Shown: positions 45,901 through 54,400 of the stretch, one piece after another
Position numbering within the stretch: the stretch's first letter is position 1
How the letters are laid out: each line of letters opens with the position of its first letter
Source of the DNA: an uncultured Eubacteriales bacterium
GTDB lineage: Bacteria > Bacillota > Clostridia > UBA1381 > UMGS1253
Direction: 5' to 3'
Assembly: GCA_902492065.1 (NCBI GenBank)
Contig: CABUKE010000001.1
Span: 257,347-321,346, forward strand
Length of the DNA stretch: 64,000 nucleotides
Made by a program: the position numbers and the translations under genes
Notes under the pieces: generated by a model
The model's database searches: none
What the model was told of the DNA's origin: nothing
The model's input: only the letters and a program-made list of their open reading frames with translations

Positions 45901-48900
45901 TATCGGTTAGATGATACAAATGCCATCTATTATACGGCAAGCAGCCTTGCAGATGCGGCCACAAACCAGGTCGACTGTCAGAACTATTTCGCGGTTGGAG
46001 GCCGCTATGTATTCACAGTGACAGCCCTTTCGGAGGAATATCTGCTCACAGGTGTGGGGGACAAAAACAGTCCGGCATCCCGCCTCAGCAGCGACGAGAG
46101 TAATGGCGGCGCGGAATACGGTATTTACACAGCCGTTTCTGTTCCGGATCCGGAGCCTGGCGACGAGGTGGACCGGACGGACTGGATTGCCATTTCTACA
46201 GCAGAACAGTGGGTGGAATTGGCCAATGTAGAGGATATCCCCGTCGGAGATGGCGACAACAGCAGTCAACAGAGCGTTGCATGGGGAAAGAAATACTATT
46301 TAACGGCAGACCTTGATTTTTCCAGCCTTTCATCGGCTGACCAAGTCCGTACCAAGTCGATTGGCAACACAACCAACCGCTTTACCGGTATCATGGACGG
46401 AAACGGGCACAAAATTACCGGTCTTACGCTCAGCAACAATGATTCGGGATTGTTTGCCTATATCGGCGCTGCGGGGCAAGTGTACGACCTTACCATTGAA
46501 GATGCGAACGTCCTGTTTTCCGACAATGCGGCGGTGCTGGCGCTTTATAATTATGGAACCATCCGCGACTGCGCCGTTATCAATTGCAATATCACGGCCG
46601 ATACCGGGGCCGTGCTGGGCGGTATGGTGAGCCGTAACTACGGCGTTGTACGCGAGAGCTTTGTACAGGGGGGAACGCTGACTTCAAACAGTAGCACGGC
46701 CACAGGCCACGCTGGATTTGTCGGGTCAAATGAATCCGGCGGCCTGATTGAACGCTGCTGGACTTCCATGGATGTACATACCAGCAGCGAGTACGCGGGT
46801 GGCTTTGTGGGCTTGGGCTATGGCGGCACAATCCGGGACTGCTTTGCTTTGGGAGATGTTTCGGCGCGGAGCTATTCCGGCGGTTTTGCGGGACGCTCCG
46901 TCTATGACGGGAACCGTTATGAAAACTGCTATGCGGCTGGCACGGTCGCCGTATCCGGAGAGGTGGGGCATGGTTTTATTGGCGGCAGCAGTCCGGACTC
47001 CGCTTTTCAGCCCGATTTATCAAAGGAAATTAAGAATTGTTATTACAACAGCGCATCGCCGGCCGACGGCTATGCAGCCGGGAAGAGCCTGGAGGAGATG
47101 CGCAGCGCGGCATTTTTGACCGCACTTGGCGGTACGCAGGGCGTTTGGACACAGTCGCCGGACAAAAACAATGGCCTCCCATATTTGACCGACGTTCCGG
47201 CACCGGAGGGAACGCCGGTGGAAAGCATTACCGTTGAGATTGCGCTGGCAGTTTATGATAAGGAGACTTACACCTTCTCGCAGCTGGGAGAAACGGTATC
47301 GGTAACATTGGAAAGTAACGGCAACACGCGGATAACCGATTTGATGGATGCGGCGGCCTCCCAGGGGAAACTGACGTATACCTATGAAACGACGCCCTCG
47401 TTCGGACGCTATATCCACACCATCAATGGATATGCGGTGGAGGAGCCGGACGGCTGGATGTTTACCGTTAACGATAAACTTTCCAATTTGAGCGCATCTC
47501 TCGCTACGGTTCAGGACGGAGACCGTCTGCTGTGGTTTGAAGGAACAACGGAGAACCATTTCCAGGGTCCGGCATGGGACGAGCTTACAGGCGTTGAAGT
47601 CGAATGGGTGGATATTGGGACGGCAGAGGAGCTGTTACGGCTCGCGCAGAGCGCCGCTCCTGCGGATATGGAAAAGAATTACCGCCTTACAGCGGATATC
47701 GACTTAAACGGCGTTGATTTCAGCGGCATAGGGACTGATGCGCAGCCATTTGCCGGCATGTTTGACGGCCAGGGGCATACAATTTCCAACTTGTCCATGT
47801 CGGGCGGCGACAATGTTGGTTTCTTTGGCGTCATCAAAGGCGCGGTTGTTAAAAATTTGAATCTGGAAAACGCTGTTGTAAATGGCAGCGGCAAGAATAT
47901 AGGCACACTGGTAGGTTGGGCGCAGGTGGAACTGGATCAGGAAAATATAGCAGAAAATTTGGCAAACCTGATCGGCAATTGCACCGTGTCCGGGACAGTG
48001 TCGGGCACAAACACCGTAGGAGGGCTTGTCGGCCTTAACGACGGAAAAGAGGACCCGGACACGCTGTTTTCCATTGCGTCTTCTATTGATAAGTGTACAG
48101 CGGATGTAGAAGTGCTCGGCACGGGCAAGGGCGGCAACGTCGGCGGCCTGGTTGGTGAGAACAACGGCGTTATCACAAAGAGTGTGGCTGTGGGCGATGT
48201 AAAGGCAGAGGGCGCTTACGGCGTGGGCGGCTTTGCTGGGGAATCCTACGGAGACATTTATGACAGCCATGCAGACGGTGACGTTACCGGGCAGAGCACG
48301 GTCGGCGGTTTTGCCGGAGCCTCGAGTGGAATTCTGAAAAATAGTTACAGCTTGGGAAGTGTTATGGGCGAGTCCTATACGGGCGGTTTTGCCGGCTCCA
48401 TCAGCATGGCAGAGTATGTAATTGGAGCAGGGCAGGTAACAGTTACCGGAAGCAGCACGACCGGCTACAATGGCGGCTTTGCAGGACATATGAGCGGATG
48501 GATTACCGGCCCTGAAAACCAGATTGCAATCAAAGACGCTTTTGCAAATTGTACCCAGACAGACGGTTCCCTGATCGGGATTATCGGGAATACGGTGGAT
48601 TATGCCTCGGAGGAACAGCAATCCGTGTTGTTGGATATGACACTGAAAACAGTCGGAGAAACAGCCGATAAGCTGTATGAGATGTTTGGCGTAAATATGA
48701 AAGTTTCCGAGAGTTTGATGGCGGAAGCGGAAAAATACGCAGACAGTTTGGCTTCTTCACAGAGCGGGGGAGAGATTTCGCTTTTAAAGGAGAACCAGAC
48801 CGCTTCGGAAGGGATTTCCGTCAGCTATGAAGTGTCGGGCGACTATCTGACCGGCGGAAGCAGCTTGACAATAGCAAAGGCAAACGATACTTCAGCGACC

Positions 48901-51036
48901 TTGTCCGTTCCGGTGACAATTGTTCTTAGCGATACGGAAAGCGGAACCGTTTACCGCAAGGAGGCGCAGGTACTGCTGTCTGTAACACCCGCACAGCGCG
49001 AGAAACTGATGGACAGCATAGCGGGCGGATACACGGAAAGCAAGGATAGCTGGAGCGTCATGGATATGGCCGTTTACGAGACCATTGACGGAAAGACCTA
49101 TAGTGTGACGGATGCGGCGAAGCAAAACGTCTTGAATTTGCTGATTGGTGAAGCGGACAGCGAAACGGCGACAGTAAGCGACCGTGCGAGGATTGAGATT
49201 GTTCTCAGGGCTATGGGAATTGACAGCAGCAGGCTGTATCCTGTTAACAGCAACGACGCAATCAATAATGCAGAAATTTTGTCGGAGATGGACCTTACAT
49301 CAGGCGGATATTACGCCGCACCGTGGCTGCTGCTGGCCGATATGCAGGGCAATCTGTCCCTTTCGGAAGAACAAATCCAGACGCTTATTGTGATGCTGTA
49401 TGACAACATGGGAGACGGACTGTTCGGCTATACTTATGGCGGCGTCAGCTATTCCGACCCCGATACGGCAGGCGTAGCTTTGGCGGCGCTGGCGCGCTTT
49501 ACAGAAACGGATGAGCATGCAAAAGCTGTTGTAGATAAAATCCTGTCCGCTCTGCCAGATGCCATGAACAACACAGGCTCCTTTGGAAGCGTAAACTCCG
49601 ATGCAATGGTTCTCATTGGTTTGCTCGCCAATGGGATAGAACCGGCAAGCATAAAAGTTGAGTCGGGCGCGACGATTGTAGACGGCATGCTCTCCTATGT
49701 AAATGTTGACACGAACAAATTCCAATTTAGCGGAGTGGATAACGACCTTGCTACGGAGCAGGGCTTCCGGGCGTTGATTGCGTTAAGTAAAGCAAATGGA
49801 ACGGCATACAACATTTATGATTTCAGCGGCAATGCGGTAACGCCGGGGCGGGCGACCGGGGACGGGGAAACGGAAGTCCCAGATGAACCAAGCCCAGGCA
49901 ACCCCGACATTACTGTGAGCGTTACCATTAAAGCGGATAAAGGCTATTGGCTGCGGGATAAATCGGTTCGTGTAAAACGTGGTTCCACCGTATACCATGC
50001 CTTTATTAAGGCGCTTGAGGGCAGCGGTATTACGCAGGTGGGTGCAGAGGACGGCTATGTAAAGTCCATGAGCAAAGATGGGAAAACACTGGCGGAGTTT
50101 TCCGACGGACCGCAGTCCGGCTGGTTGTATCAAGTAAACGATGTTCTTCCGGACGTTGGGCTGACCGCGTACCAGATTAAAAACGGCGATGCAATTGAGT
50201 TTTACTATACGGCGGATTGGACGTCGGAGCCGGGCATTGGCGGCGGAGACAATGCCAGCAGCACGAAATATACCGTTACCTTTGACACACAGGGCGGCAG
50301 TCTGATTGATAAAGTTACTGTGTCTAAAAACGGCACTGTAACAAAACCAGCTGACCCGACAAAAGAAGGGTATACATTTGGCGGCTGGTTTACGGATAAA
50401 GGCTGCACACTTGCGTATGACTTTTCATCTAAAGTTACGAAGAATCTTACTTTATATGCAAAATGGGAAAAAACATCAGAGGAACCGGACAAGCTTCCCT
50501 TTGAAGATGTAGACGAGACCGACTGGTTCTACGAAGCGGTAAAGTATGCCTATGAAAACGGACTGTTTAATGGAACAGACGACACCACGTTTGCTCCTGA
50601 CGAGCAGATGACGCGTGCCATGTTGGTTGCTGTGCTCTACCGCATAGAGGGTGAACCCGCGGCCGGACAGGAAAACAGCTTTCAAGATGTAGCCGCAGAC
50701 GCATATTATGCCGGTGCGGCGGCATGGGCAAACGAAAATGGGATTGTGCTCGGCTACGGCGAAAATACATTTGGCCCGGATGATTTCATTTCGCGGGAAC
50801 AGCTTGCGGCGATATTGCAGCGGTATACAGCGTATAAAAATGTTACAGTAGAGGAAACAGGTGATTTGTCGCAGTTTGTGGACGCGGGTGAGATTTCGCC
50901 CTGGGCACAGGACAGCATAGAATGGGCTGTTGGGGCGGAACTTTTGTCCGGAAAGGACGGGGGAAGGCTCGACCCGCAAGGCGGCACTACCCGTGCAGAA
51001 GTTGCGACAATCCTACAGAGATTTTTAGAAAAGTAA
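42967..51036 (+). CDS. giant (2,689 aa) SLH-anchored cell-surface protein with four GLUG-repeat blocks, Ig/FN3-like spacers, two DUF4430 (transcobalamin-like beta) domains, an alpha/alpha-toroid domain, a Listeria-Bacteroides repeat and three SLH domains
   Basis: The signal peptide is MRTNKTNRFFALLLTAMMVFSLLPANAGA. GLUG-type repeats are present (GLFGYI.G.V.N..V.G.V.G....GGI.G). DUF4430-like segments lie at ~47218-47550 and ~49906-50225, and a helical toroid at ~48975-49830. YTVTFDTQGGSLID...GYTFGGWFTD...LYAKW lies at ~50266-50470. The three SLH domains are FEDVDETDWFYEAVKYAYENGLFNG, FQDVAADAYYAGAAAWANENGIVLG and FVDAGEISPWAQDSIEWAVGAELLSG. I preferred the ATG at 42967 (AGGAAGGG RBS 8 nt upstream) over the GTG at 42958. 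Confidence 0.9.
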   Translation: MRTNKTNRFFALLLTAMMVFSLLPANAGAAVPDDVGQSENAGPQVQEPVNQDGVYQISSGSELAWIAQEVNAGRAADCSAVLTADIDLGGQSWIPIGKGSSYAWRGSFDGQGHTISGLYVDSTNYDQGLFGYINGGTVQNITVKGQVTGGGSGNSGGVGGIAGTLNSSYSSESAIRNCISYVTVSGGNNVGGIVGLVTGSYGKTIACCANYGTVSGNNSVGGLVGNFYYKGQLTDSYNRGDITANVSKAGGLVGYMSDSGASVFNCYTTGTVLGTNSAPAIGQMERGTAENVYYLDTLGSDANAVPKQEAEMKGAAFPGLLGEAFSQDMAIPINDGYPIFAFQDTTPKYDVTVTVSPADANFALSDDTGAAIAGEKEELEQSAVWRFSLRDGSYHYTASAFGKVEQSGELTVSGQAVTQEIALLDAPAKEITFDITFEDGNPDGVTPSIIVTYDKDGREIAAADGVYTLPYGDYHYTVKAKGYSKMAGAFAVTADSTAISVLLTPSAAWDGESMEPVAPNAEGIYEIGSGEELAWFAAQVNSGTGKEYRVLLTDDIDLGENPWTPIGTGLTYNVDFFSGSFDGAGHTITGLNVSGAEYAGLFGYIKGASLSPAEVKNIVVQGSVNGTENAGGITGRADNAVIENCGNEAAVSGKEAGGIVGRQHSYGSPITITGCYNIGAITAQSRAGGILGYVNDTAEISNCYNTGAIESSDYAGGLRGMGGSFAGDITNCYNAAAVSGKTAGALVAGSGSLENCYYLSGGASDTNGSTEVSADELKNLAQRLNAGAVPALWVSGGTQNNGYPILEWQKEEAGETGIPLNKVTNAVWQTDLETGLLTGVATWDAVPNAESYTVILWDYWAEETEYGSVSGMSARKTVTGVTETQYDFTQDIEENGASWYYFTVTPIAEENSGYISGELPIWDEETQEGNLYDYLDYSNDDICYRYYEQLDQPTGLSWSGPFARWEFVDGAAGYLVTIYRLDDTNAIYYTASSLADAATNQVDCQNYFAVGGRYVFTVTALSEEYLLTGVGDKNSPASRLSSDESNGGAEYGIYTAVSVPDPEPGDEVDRTDWIAISTAEQWVELANVEDIPVGDGDNSSQQSVAWGKKYYLTADLDFSSLSSADQVRTKSIGNTTNRFTGIMDGNGHKITGLTLSNNDSGLFAYIGAAGQVYDLTIEDANVLFSDNAAVLALYNYGTIRDCAVINCNITADTGAVLGGMVSRNYGVVRESFVQGGTLTSNSSTATGHAGFVGSNESGGLIERCWTSMDVHTSSEYAGGFVGLGYGGTIRDCFALGDVSARSYSGGFAGRSVYDGNRYENCYAAGTVAVSGEVGHGFIGGSSPDSAFQPDLSKEIKNCYYNSASPADGYAAGKSLEEMRSAAFLTALGGTQGVWTQSPDKNNGLPYLTDVPAPEGTPVESITVEIALAVYDKETYTFSQLGETVSVTLESNGNTRITDLMDAAASQGKLTYTYETTPSFGRYIHTINGYAVEEPDGWMFTVNDKLSNLSASLATVQDGDRLLWFEGTTENHFQGPAWDELTGVEVEWVDIGTAEELLRLAQSAAPADMEKNYRLTADIDLNGVDFSGIGTDAQPFAGMFDGQGHTISNLSMSGGDNVGFFGVIKGAVVKNLNLENAVVNGSGKNIGTLVGWAQVELDQENIAENLANLIGNCTVSGTVSGTNTVGGLVGLNDGKEDPDTLFSIASSIDKCTADVEVLGTGKGGNVGGLVGENNGVITKSVAVGDVKAEGAYGVGGFAGESYGDIYDSHADGDVTGQSTVGGFAGASSGILKNSYSLGSVMGESYTGGFAGSISMAEYVIGAGQVTVTGSSTTGYNGGFAGHMSGWITGPENQIAIKDAFANCTQTDGSLIGIIGNTVDYASEEQQSVLLDMTLKTVGETADKLYEMFGVNMKVSESLMAEAEKYADSLASSQSGGEISLLKENQTASEGISVSYEVSGDYLTGGSSLTIAKANDTSATLSVPVTIVLSDTESGTVYRKEAQVLLSVTPAQREKLMDSIAGGYTESKDSWSVMDMAVYETIDGKTYSVTDAAKQNVLNLLIGEADSETATVSDRARIEIVLRAMGIDSSRLYPVNSNDAINNAEILSEMDLTSGGYYAAPWLLLADMQGNLSLSEEQIQTLIVMLYDNMGDGLFGYTYGGVSYSDPDTAGVALAALARFTETDEHAKAVVDKILSALPDAMNNTGSFGSVNSDAMVLIGLLANGIEPASIKVESGATIVDGMLSYVNVDTNKFQFSGVDNDLATEQGFRALIALSKANGTAYNIYDFSGNAVTPGRATGDGETEVPDEPSPGNPDITVSVTIKADKGYWLRDKSVRVKRGSTVYHAFIKALEGSGITQVGAEDGYVKSMSKDGKTLAEFSDGPQSGWLYQVNDVLPDVGLTAYQIKNGDAIEFYYTADWTSEPGIGGGDNASSTKYTVTFDTQGGSLIDKVTVSKNGTVTKPADPTKEGYTFGGWFTDKGCTLAYDFSSKVTKNLTLYAKWEKTSEEPDKLPFEDVDETDWFYEAVKYAYENGLFNGTDDTTFAPDEQMTRAMLVAVLYRIEGEPAAGQENSFQDVAADAYYAGAAAWANENGIVLGYGENTFGPDDFISREQLAAILQRYTAYKNVTVEETGDLSQFVDAGEISPWAQDSIEWAVGAELLSGKDGGRLDPQGGTTRAEVATILQRFLEK
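50266..51033 (+). repeat. C-terminal anchoring cassette (Listeria-Bacteroides repeat plus 3 SLH), copy A of an inverted diverged pair
   Basis: It is paralogous to 51469-52266 on the opposite strand. In the repeat domain, 46 of 66 residues are identical in my by-eye alignment. The SLH part is roughly half identical. Confidence 0.75.
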
Positions 51037-51196
51037 AGAAATATCAATACGATTCACGGAGCCGCTATCAACAACGGTGGAAACCATGAAAATAGACCGG
51101 CAAAGAATACGGCGGCACTACTGGCTCTCACTCGAAGAGGAAAACTGCAAGATGGAGTGGGACGAGGAAATTACGCAATTTGTTCCTCAAAATTAA

Positions 51197-51228
51197 AAAG
51201 GCTGGCATTCGCTAGCCTTTTCTTTTAT
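51197..51228 (+). terminator. intrinsic terminator downstream of giant gene 1
   Basis: AAGGCTGGC-ATTC-GCTAGCCTT followed by TTCTTTTAT. Confidence 0.6.
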
Positions 51229-51375
51229 ACTTGAAAACGGAGGGGAAAATAAATGCAAGCCTCTCTTTGGATTTTTTGGTTAATCAGTGATAACCAATAT
51301 CCGTTAACCGTGTTATTCCCTAAAATACTGCCTGTTTGTATCCGATATACTGCTATTATGGCAGTGGTAGGTTAT

Positions 51376-51410
51376 AAAAATACGCATACCATTTGGTATG
51401 CGTATTTTTT
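51376..51410. terminator. bidirectional terminator (serves giant gene 2 on the minus strand)
   Basis: A perfect 16-bp stem, AAAAATACGCATACCA-TT-TGGTATGCGTATTTTT, with flanking A and T runs. Confidence 0.85.
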
Positions 51411-51465
51411 CATAATTGCATTATGATAGCGTGGTTGATTAATCTGTAGGTTTTTTACTTTTTGC

Positions 51466-54400
51466 CTATTTCAAATTTTCAAAAAACCGTTGCAGCATTG
51501 CTGCCATTTCCGCACGCGTCGCATTGCCCTGTGGATCGAGCTGACTATTCTCCTTGCCGGAAAGCAGCCCATATCCAACCGCCCACGACACGTTCTCTTT
51601 TGCCCAATCGGAAATCTGTGCTTCATCAGCAAATTTTGTCAAATCGCCGCGTGCACTTGTGTCAATGCTCTTATAGTTTGCGTACCGCTCCAGAATTGCG
51701 GCAATTTCTTCTCGTGTAATCGTCTGATCCGGTGCAAACTCAGTATCTGAGTACCCCTTCACGATACCCTCGCTTGCTGCCCAACGGACAGCCTCTCCAT
51801 AATATGCTGCTTGGTCAACATCGTCAAACATCATGAGATAGTTTACGACTGGCTTTTCTTCTGCACGCCAGAGTACCGTCACCAGCATCCCGCGGGAGAG
51901 TGTTCCATCCGGCGCAAACTCCGTTTCGCTTACGCCGCTGAAAAGTCCGTTTTCTGTTGCATATTTCACTGCATCATAGAACCATGCTTGCTCGGAAACG
52001 TCGCTGTACGGGTTCTTCCAGTCGTCTGGGTCAACCGGTTCCTCTGGGATAGTAGGTTCTATGCTCCACTTTGCATACAGCGTGATGTCCGACGTTACTT
52101 TTGTATCAAAATCGTATGCCGTTTTGCACGCCGCATCTGTAAACCAACCTTCAAAAGTATACCCCGCCCGGGTCGGCGCAGCCGGCTTGGGAACCACACC
52201 GTTTTTAATCACGCGGACACTGCCGATTTTGCTTCCGCCCTGCGTATCAAAGGTTACGGTATAGCGTGTCGCTACAGTTTCGCCACCGCCAGACGACGGA
52301 CGGTATACCGTTACGGTGATATCCGCTGCCTCTACCGGAGCGTAATTGGAATCCGCCGGCGTAAAGACAGCCATTTCCTTATAGAACCCTTCTTCTGCCA
52401 TCTCGCGGTCATTCTTCCAAGACCATGTGCCTGCCAACTCTGTCCCGTCGAGGCCCGTCACAACGCCGCCGGAAAGGGTGGACGCAGAGAGCTGTTCGCC
52501 GACTTGGATGCGGCTTGCTTTCGGCGCTGTTACAAGGGTCGCCGTCGCAGAGGTGACAGCATATGCGACTTCATTTGACCGAACAATTTCATAGCTTTCC
52601 GTACCTGCAAATACTGCCTCAAAGGTGTAGTCTGCTACTTCCGGCGCATTCAGCGTCAGTGTAGCCACGCCGCCCGCAGTGTCGGCCGTGCCGAGCAGCA
52701 CCGGCGTTTCGCCTGCATTATTATAGAACTGTATTGTGTTACCGTTTGGACTGCTTACACCCTCAAGCGTAGCTGTCAGCGTTACATCAGCGCCATATAC
52801 GGACGTTTCTGCTGGAGAAGCTGCAAGCGTGATGGTTTGTAACCGGCTGAGAATCATCTGTTTCTGGCCGTCTGCTGTATCAATTTCTTTTACTTCAAAG
52901 TTTCCGCTGTTGTTGATAAAGTTACTTGCCGCCGCCTTGCCACTTGCGTAAGGAGCGGTAAACGCCTGTCCAAACGTAAAATTACGGCTGTTGATATAGA
53001 TACCGATTTTTGCCGTTTCGTCAAGGCCGTTTTCACCGATTGTCAGCGTGTTTCCGTTCAGCGTATCTATCCAGAGGTCACAGTCGCCGTCCATTCCGGT
53101 ATTTCCGGTAATGACAGCAGTTCCGGAAACCTCGACAAAGCTGCCGTTAGCCGCGTCGACGCCTGCCTGCGGATTGTCAGAGGTGTTACCGGTGATGGAG
53201 CCACCGTTCATGATAAACTTAGCGTTGCGCATGAGTTTTACACCACCGGGGCTGGTGCCGCCGTGATTTTTTGTAATTGTGCCGCCATTCATAATAAAGG
53301 TGCCGCCGCCCATGACCTGAACGGCGCTGCGGCTGCCGTCACTCTGGTGTCCGGTAACGGTGCCGGTCTTTGCGGCGCTGCTGTCCTCAAGCTGTAAAGT
53401 CGCGCTGTCATTGATATACAAGAAGGTGTCGTTGGTCTGGGAGGCTGTCAGCGTATAGCCCGCCAGATCGAACACGAGCGTTTTTTCGCTCGGTACGCTA
53501 AGGGAGGTATCAAGCTGTGCGTCGCCCAGCAGTCTGGCATAAACAGGCTCCGCACTGCTGCCGATTGCAGTCCGTAAATCGGCAAATGTACCGGAATTGC
53601 CGTATGCTTCACCATCTGTTCCCCATTCAACAACATTGCTTATCTGGGCATGGAAATATTTGGTCTGTGCCGCAAGGCCCGCAGTTTCCGAACTGTAATA
53701 CGCAATTGCAGCCGATACCGCATCATCTCCTGATGCTACCTTATAAAGCTTACCCGCAGCGGGAGATACAGTGAATCCCTGTCTGCCAAATGCCGCCGCT
53801 GAAACAATTTCTACGTCGGCCTGATTGCTGATGAGAACGGGCAGTGTGCAGTAAATACCGTTGGTCGTTGCACCCTGTACGTTCACCTTTGCCTCATCCT
53901 GAATGGTCAGCCCTACATTGCTCTGTGCAAAAATACCATATGCACCATTTGTTGCAATATTAACCTGCGCCTGCTCTTTCAAGATGATATTGTCTTTTTT
54001 GCACCAGATACCGCCGCCGTTTGTATCATGAATCCGAATGACTGCATTTCCACCAATGCTGATACCGGACGCAGAATTATAAATTGCATAGTTTTCCAGT
54101 CCGGAAATATCCACTTCTGCGTTTCCGTCGATCACCATATTCGCAAGGCCGTAAGGATAAAGTCCGTACTTTCCCTTTGTAATGGTTACCTTCGCGTTAT
54201 CCCCGATTACAATGCCGTTCGTATCCTTGTGCTCGCCGGTATTGTTACCGCTCATGATGGCCGTTTGTTCTTTACCAGCAGCTGCAGTTACTTGAGCATT
54301 CTCTTTAATTGTAATTAGTCCGCAATTATTAATGGCATTATGCTGTTCGCTTGTTGCTTTAACGACTGCATTGCCCTGGACGGTAAGATTCGTACCGTTT

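Noticed and set aside
47704-48621. A 305-aa minus-strand ORF inside giant gene 1. Plus-strand ORFs of 407, 245 and 255 aa lie inside giant gene 2 (55069-56292, 56368-57105, 51811-52578).
   Set aside because: They are antisense frames of repeat-rich G/A/T/N codon runs that stay open by composition. The sense frames carry a signal peptide, repeats and SLH domains.
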